A DNA stretch of 64,000 nt from Oligoflexia bacterium. GTDB lineage: Bacteria > Bdellovibrionota > UBA1018. Location of the stretch: assembly GCA_963758495.1 (NCBI GenBank), contig CAVWVI010000003.1:1280001-1344000 (forward strand), given 5' to 3'. The first letter of the stretch is position 1, and every line of letters starts with the position of its first letter. Shown here piece by piece: positions 58,553 to 64,000 of this stretch. The translations under genes and the position numbers were made by a program. The notes under the pieces are model-generated. The model was not told the origin of the DNA, made no database searches, and saw nothing but the letters and a program-made list of their open reading frames with translations.

Positions 58553-59356
58553 ATGAACAATGGCCTCATTAAATTAAATGGAGATGGCGAAATTCTTTTC
58601 GATTCAGTAGAAAATGAATATCTCAAAATTAAAGATGTACGCCCTTATGTCGCTACAAATAATCCAGCAAATGATAGAGACAAAATAGAACAACAAAAGA
58701 TCTTCCTGAATCACCGAGAATCTTTTCTCAAGCCTAAATCAGCGAATATGCAAGCCGAGACTGTCAAAGTTTTAGGAGGAATAGGGATTGGACTCTATTT
58801 TAAAAATGAAAGTACGCCCTTCAAAAATGAAACTGCAGTATGATTTAGCCTGCTAGCGCCAAAAAAGCGTGGTGGTATTTCAGGTAATTGGCTGTACCTA
58901 ACTTCAACAAATAGTTCAGCCGTAGGCTGCGAAGCCTATGGGGCGTACTATTCAGACAATGACTTTTCATTAAACATTTTTGATTGGGCTGTTGCGAAAA
59001 AACTACAAAGTTCACCAAAAAATAAAGGACTACCTATCCCGGCGAGTCCATTTGTTGTCACGATTCCTTACGAAAATAAATTTTTGAAGGATCATGCCTT
59101 TATTACGAAGGTAGACAATTACGAAATTGAATCATACTTAATTACAAATCTGACCCGAAGAATTGAGGAAAACATCTGGGAAAATCAGGTTCTGTTACGT
59201 AATTTTCAAGAAAAAACTGAAGACTTGATTTGGAAATGGAGTTTTATATGGAACCCTATGGACAGTGAAAAATACCACGACTGGGGTCCGATATTTGAAA
59301 CATTTCAAGATAACTATGGAGATCTTAATCCCTTATTATCGATAGTGAGTGATTGA
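58553..59356 (+). pseudogene. Hypothetical protein interrupted by a single in-frame TGA (58841-58843)
   Basis: 80 open codons (FSLLAPKKRGG...WLYLTSTN..GCEAY..FDWA) link ORFs 58553-58843 and 59084-59356 in one frame; RBS AGAGGA. Confidence 0.75.
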
Positions 59357-59742
59357 AGCGATTTAAGATTCTCTGCCAGAGCATTAAACTCTCTCCCCCG
59401 AAGATAAGCACTGTCAATGCTAAGCTCCACTAAAGATTTTGGTAAGTTTGCTACGAGTTTAGGATCGAATTCTGCTCCAATAAGATTAAGCCTTTTTACG
59501 TTTTCAAAAATCCCACCCTTGCCAAAGTAATTATGAAAATCTTGATCCGTCAAATTTGTCCGATGTAGGTCTGCTTTAAAATTCTCATGAGAAGCAATAT
59601 CTCTCGCAATTTCTCTCAGCCTCTTATTTATTTGAGAAATCGTAATAATTTCTGCCGTTGCATTAACATCATCATGCGCTACAATACGCGAATAAATTTC
59701 ATGTAACATGTCGGTAGGAAGACTTTCAAAGTTATCATAGTT
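59314..59742 (-). pseudogene. F-box-like plus leucine-rich-repeat fragment
   Basis: FESLPTDMLHEIYSRI...ISQINKRLREIARD followed by VKRLNL, LVELSI, LQSLTI; 5' end abuts the direct repeat, 3' end collides with a convergent ORF. Confidence 0.55.
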
Positions 59743-60812
59743 GATTTTATGGAAGCTACAGAAAGTGTGGATACCAAAGCTTGGAGTAGGCGGTTTCTGT
59801 AGAGTCCATTCATTTAAAAAGCTGATGGGTAGTTGAAGAATTCTCTGAATGGTTTCATTGATTCCATTTTGGCAGAATTTTTGTACTACTCCTCCCTTCA
59901 TATGTGGAAACATTGGGTAGCTCGGGCACTATTTCCGCACGAGCCTTTTGGTGAATTTGAGTCTGCTTGTTGGTTTTGGAAGAAGCTGGGAGAGATTTTT
60001 CCTGAAATGATTTCAGCTGTACTTATGCCGAATCATCTTCATCTCATCTTGCCTCACGAAGTAGCTGCATGCAAAAGCATGGCTGGTCTTCTGGGTGCGA
60101 TGAGCGTTCGCTGTGGCCTGAAAAGCCTGTGGCAACCCCTACCGAATCCAACAGAAATTCCTAATTCCTTACACCTTCGTCGCCAAATTCGCTATCTTGC
60201 GCTTAATCCTTGCCGGAAAAACCTCTGTAGAGATCCACTTGAATGGTATTGGTCTACCTACAGAGAAGTGATGGGAGCTGCTGTTAACTCAATTCAAAGT
60301 GAGGAGAAATTGGCTGGAGTTTTGAATGATTGTCATAAGAATTTTGGAGTCCGATTTCACGGCTATGTGTCTGGAGATCCGTCGGTCAGCGTTACTGGTA
60401 CTCCTTTTCCAAAGCCCGCGTTACCTAAAAATTTTCCAGAAAAATCCATTGGTGAAATTCTGGCCGCTGCGGCAGGTGCTCTCAGGGTGAAGCCTTCTCA
60501 GGTTCGAGAAAGAGGTCAACTTCGTAATCTCTTTGTTCATCTTGCTTATCGACATGGATGGCGCCGTCCAATCTTTCTTGCTCACATTTGCGGTATTACG
60601 CCGGGCGCGGTGCATCAGATATTGTATAAAATTAGCCCAACGGGAATGAAGGCCGCCGATCTTTGCTTAGGGGATCTCAGGCTGCGGGGTGAGAGCGTAA
60701 TGGATTTTATGGAAGCTACAAAAAGTGTGGATACCAAAGCTTGGAGTAGGCGATTTCTGTAGAGTCCATCCATTTAAAAAGCTGATGGAGTAGTTGAAGA
60801 ATTCTCTGAATG
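59743..60812 (+). mobile_element. RAYT-like unit bounded by ~110-bp direct repeats
   Basis: 59743-59851 versus 60703-60812: three substitutions and one 1-nt indel; period 960 bp. Confidence 0.75.
59902..60762 (+). CDS. REP-associated tyrosine transposase (RAYT)-like HUH Y1 nuclease with C-terminal HTH
   Basis: VLMPNHLHL HUH motif, LWQ, RYLALNP catalytic Tyr, P.EWYWSTY. Confidence 0.8.
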   Translation: MWKHWVARALFPHEPFGEFESACWFWKKLGEIFPEMISAVLMPNHLHLILPHEVAACKSMAGLLGAMSVRCGLKSLWQPLPNPTEIPNSLHLRRQIRYLALNPCRKNLCRDPLEWYWSTYREVMGAAVNSIQSEEKLAGVLNDCHKNFGVRFHGYVSGDPSVSVTGTPFPKPALPKNFPEKSIGEILAAAAGALRVKPSQVRERGQLRNLFVHLAYRHGWRRPIFLAHICGITPGAVHQILYKISPTGMKAADLCLGDLRLRGESVMDFMEATKSVDTKAWSRRFL

Positions 60813-60930
60813 CTTTTACTCCGAACTTCAACGGATGCTAGATTTTCAGCGAAAGCGCTGAGTGTATCGGAACCCACTTCCCTCTGAGTTCGGGCCGCAG
60901 CGTGCTGTCTGAAATCCTAGTGAGTGTTTG

Positions 60931-60976
60931 CAATGAATTAATGAAGTCAATGAATTAAATGAATTCAATGAAGTCA
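60931..60976. repeat. ~9-bp tandem repeat AATGAA(G/T)T(C/A)
   Basis: caatgaatta atgaagtc aatgaatta aatgaattc aatgaagtca. Confidence 0.7.
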
Positions 60977-61021
60977 TTTCAATCCCTTAAAGTTCGTCGA
61001 CCACGTCACACTAGTTAAAAA

Positions 61022-62122
61022 TTAGCCCTTCTCGTGCCTTAATCCTGCCAAGAGTAACTTTAAGTCATCCGGACTAGTAGACGCCTTAAGCCCCTCAGCA
61101 GTAGAAACGATACCCTGCCTGATCAGTTTTTCAAGGGCTTGATTCCGCGATTGCATTTTATAATAACTCCCAGAGTTCGCGATCGCCTCTGAGATGCGAT
61201 CTAATTCATTACTCATCATATAAGACTCAATAGTCGGAGATTTAATCATGACTTCACAAGCCAATACGCGTCCAGCCCCATCTGCACGCATCAAAAGTTG
61301 CTGAGAAAGCACACCCACTAAATTATTAGCTAACTGCATCCTGACTTGGTTTTTCACGTCACTTGGAAAAACATCAATAATTCGATCAATACTGCTTCTC
61401 GCATCTCTCGTATGCAAAGTAGAGATCACTAAGTGTCCCGTTTCAGCCGCGGTGAGGGCGGCTTGGATCGTTTCTAAATCACGGATTTCCCCTATCATGA
61501 TGATGTCAGGATCCTGCCTGAGTCCCGATATAATAGCATCTTTCATATTGAGTGTGTCGGAACCCACTTCCCTCTGGGTAATCGAAGCCTTCCGATCTCG
61601 ATGCGTAAATTCAATCGGGTCCTCAATTGTCAAAATATGGACTTGCCTATTATTATTAATATATTGAACCATTGCGGCAAGAGTACTGGACTTGCCACTC
61701 CCAGTAGCCCCCGTAATTAAGATTAACCCTTGCGGTCGTAAGCAGATTTCTTTGATGACCTCTGGAACTCCAAGCTCATCTAAATTCGGAATTACAAATG
61801 GAATAAGTCGGATAGCCGCAGAGATTTGATTTTTTTGATAATACACATTACAACGAAATCTCCCGATCTCTTGGATCGCGAATGAAAAATCGATCTGCCG
61901 TTTCATTTCTAATTCCGCAGATTGCTTTTCTGTCAAAATATCTAAAATGATAGACTGAGACGCCGCTTGCGTGAACTCGGGCATTTTCGCAGAAAATAAT
62001 TTCCCATTAATTCGATAAAGAGGAGGACGACCAACTTTGAGATGCAAATCAGAAGCATTGTACTTTACGAGTGCTCTCGCTAAATACTTAATGTCTATTT
62101 TAGCATAATCAACCTGACTCAT
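61022..62122 (-). CDS. pilT: Type IV pilus retraction ATPase (PilT/PilU family)
   Basis: ASDLHL, RFRCN, GATGSGKS, TIEDPIE, QREVG.DT, LRQDPD, AETGHLV.STLH. Confidence 0.9.
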   Translation of the reverse strand: MSQVDYAKIDIKYLARALVKYNASDLHLKVGRPPLYRINGKLFSAKMPEFTQAASQSIILDILTEKQSAELEMKRQIDFSFAIQEIGRFRCNVYYQKNQISAAIRLIPFVIPNLDELGVPEVIKEICLRPQGLILITGATGSGKSSTLAAMVQYINNNRQVHILTIEDPIEFTHRDRKASITQREVGSDTLNMKDAIISGLRQDPDIIMIGEIRDLETIQAALTAAETGHLVISTLHTRDARSSIDRIIDVFPSDVKNQVRMQLANNLVGVLSQQLLMRADGAGRVLACEVMIKSPTIESYMMSNELDRISEAIANSGSYYKMQSRNQALEKLIRQGIVSTAEGLKASTSPDDLKLLLAGLRHEKG

Positions 62123-62784
62123 TTTTCCTCTGACTGTGATGCAGGTTTTGCACGTGGATGGGCCCAAGCAATCATCAATCGTAGCTCAATTGCTTTGGCA
62201 GCCATCTGACAAAGATAAGTCAAAAACTCGACATCCTTTGGACTGAAGTCAGCTTCACCTACTCGATTTAAAAGCTCTAATACGCAGTAAACTCTTCCAC
62301 GAATTAAAATCGGAATAGCGACTAAATTACGAGCCTCAAATCCCACTGCCTTTTCAATTGATTTCAAATGTATTTTATTTTCTGGAATATTAGCGACTAC
62401 TAATGGGCATCGTGATTCTAATACGTGCCCTACAATTCCTTGCCCCATGGGGATCTTAAATTGAGTAACTCGTTCTGAGGCACTTCCAACCACTGCCCGA
62501 AAGAAGACGAATTGATTGCGTTCATCTACTTCGAGAATAGAGCCGGCCTCGGATTTTATGACTCTTATTATAATTAAAAGTACTTCCCGGATGTAATCGT
62601 CATATTTACAATTCTTAGTCGCAAGGTTAAGAAGAGCTTCCACTGCGGCCAATTTTACAATGATGCTGCTATCTATAGAGTCCCCTTCAAAAAGAGGGTC
62701 TATCCCAGAATCGGCGGATAGCTCTAGGAGAGAGGTAGCTTCACTCAGTGAGGGTAAGTCTAGGGTATCTTCTTCATCTGACAA
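62119..62784 (-). CDS. GAF-domain protein
   Basis: EAGSIL, GQGIVGHV, RNLVAIPI, LELLNR, FSPKD. Confidence 0.8.
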   Translation of the reverse strand: MSDEEDTLDLPSLSEATSLLELSADSGIDPLFEGDSIDSSIIVKLAAVEALLNLATKNCKYDDYIREVLLIIIRVIKSEAGSILEVDERNQFVFFRAVVGSASERVTQFKIPMGQGIVGHVLESRCPLVVANIPENKIHLKSIEKAVGFEARNLVAIPILIRGRVYCVLELLNRVGEADFSPKDVEFLTYLCQMAAKAIELRLMIAWAHPRAKPASQSEEK

Positions 62785-62816
62785 AGATTGAGACTCCTTG
62801 AAATAGTATCGGCAAT

Positions 62817-63290
62817 ATGGGAGAATTACTTATGGCTGTGCGTGCGATTTTTAAATCAGTTTTTGCCAGCTGTCTTGTTGCCATTGCTTTATTTGCCCTA
62901 TGCCTTTTTGCAAGTTGTGGCGGGGTCGGTGTTGGCTTAGGCGGTGGTAGCACATCCGCCTTTAATGACCCCACTCCCTCCGGAACCCCTCTCTACCAGG
63001 GAACTTTTAGTGGGCAAAATGGGCAAACAGTCAGCGGAAATGCTCTTATTTTTCTATCCAATGGGGTCTACACTTTAACCCTTCAAGGATTATCCACTCC
63101 ATCAGAGAGTGGATTACAGATCCGAATGACTAGTAATCCCGCAAATAACCCCATCGCGCTCAGAGGGACTTCTGGAAATCAAAATTATACCTTAAGTATT
63201 ACGCCTCCGGCCTTTTTTTCAAATGTTAACATTTTCTCGACGCAGACGAACACTAACTATGGAGCAGCTATATTGCTCAAGAGTTCATAA
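62817..63290 (+). CDS. Lipoprotein, DM13-like domain
   Basis: Lipobox FASC; GTF.G..G..VSG.A, LRGTSGNQNY. Confidence 0.6.
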   Translation: MGELLMAVRAIFKSVFASCLVAIALFALCLFASCGGVGVGLGGGSTSAFNDPTPSGTPLYQGTFSGQNGQTVSGNALIFLSNGVYTLTLQGLSTPSESGLQIRMTSNPANNPIALRGTSGNQNYTLSITPPAFFSNVNIFSTQTNTNYGAAILLKSS

Positions 63291-63301
63291 ATAAAAATTT
63301 T

Positions 63302-64000
63302 TTAATAAAATCCTTTACTTCGAAGTACTTCAACAAAATCTCCGAGGTCTTTTTTCAAGTCCGGTGAGAGGTCCAAAAAGCGAATCCCCAATCCTGTTGA
63401 GTCCCCTATAGAAAGGGTAGGAACACCCTTACAGATCAAGCAAAGACTTCTAAAATTGAAAGTCATTTCTACTTTGCTCGCTTCAATCAATGAATCCAAA
63501 AATGTGTTATTCAATGCGTTATTCAGTGTACAAAATAGAAATACACCATCCCTATCAATGCGGCTAACATTTAAAGTAATTTCTTTTTCTCCTGCTTTTA
63601 ATTGGCATTTTAATCCAGGAATGGGCTTAGGAAGTCCCTGAAACCACGCTATCTGTGGATCAAAATAGGATCGTTCCATCTCCAGTTTTAACAAAACCAT
63701 TATCGCTGTTAAAAATATTGAAATAAATACAGTATAAAACCCTAAAAGGGGATAGTGCATTTGAATCGTAAACAAACCACTGACCCCTAACCATAACACT
63801 GAAATACCTAATAACAGTTTGAGTACCCATGCTTTTGCTGAAATCATCCAAATCATAATTGGAATAAAAATCATTCCCGATAGGATCGCCCAATACCCCA
63901 TACTTCGATAGGGCAATTTCCACCACGGCGCTCGAGAGACGATAATGACTTCCAGAACCACTAAAGGAATACAAAGAAGTAACAACGCGACAGCGAACTT
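63302..64000 (-). CDS. Membrane protein with C-terminal PilZ-like domain (start may lie outside the window)
   Basis: Four TM segments; RIDRDGVF and GLGIRF.DL PilZ-like strands. Confidence 0.55.
   Translation of the reverse strand, partial: KFAVALLLLCIPLVVLEVIIVSRAPWWKLPYRSMGYWAILSGMIFIPIMIWMISAKAWVLKLLLGISVLWLGVSGLFTIQMHYPLLGFYTVFISIFLTAIMVLLKLEMERSYFDPQIAWFQGLPKPIPGLKCQLKAGEKEITLNVSRIDRDGVFLFCTLNNALNNTFLDSLIEASKVEMTFNFRSLCLICKGVPTLSIGDSTGLGIRFLDLSPDLKKDLGDFVEVLRSKGFY

Noticed and set aside
59743..59913. N-terminal 57 aa of ORF 59314-59913 as real coding sequence
   Set aside because: It is read through the direct repeat and the RAYT start region; the second repeat copy has an indel that breaks this frame.

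Overview
Bacterial chromosomal window of roughly 42% GC (judged by eye). Gene content and order (heme operon with an embedded two-component system, spoVG-tRNA-Gln, DUF1844-degP, pilT, PilZ/GAF proteins) suggest a Bdellovibrionota-like organism; this is inference. Core genes: btuCF, plsY-lgt-lspA, hemA-hemC/D-hemB-hemL-(kinase/regulator)-hemE-hemN-hemY, rnhA, infA, speB, P5C dehydrogenase, ubiB-like kinase, rnr, clpB, degP, pilT, tRNA-Leu(CAG) and tRNA-Gln(TTG). The most striking structure is a three-level nest with base-resolved junctions. A BrnT-like toxin gene is split at a GG by an IS607 element (21165-25815). That element's tnpB has the rearranged, Fanzor-like RuvC active site and is itself split in frame by a group II intron (22327-24739). 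Other unexplained structures: a large inverted repeat with a perfect 77-bp core (26040-26641); a RAYT-like HUH transposase bracketed by ~110-bp hairpin-forming direct repeats that clip an F-box/LRR fragment; an isolated IscB-type omegaRNA 5' module; a stand-alone IleRS CP1 editing domain in the ileS position; a kinase-regulator fusion caused by a 1-nt-short tandem-repeat unit; OmpR-type boxes at the hem promoter; a 28-bp perfect inverted repeat before an AAA/DUF4143 gene; and an atypical chaperone-usher cluster with a duplicated pilin. Caveats: several genes are broken by small indels, some in homopolymers, and these may be assembly errors. All family calls come from motif recognition by eye, not from database searches.
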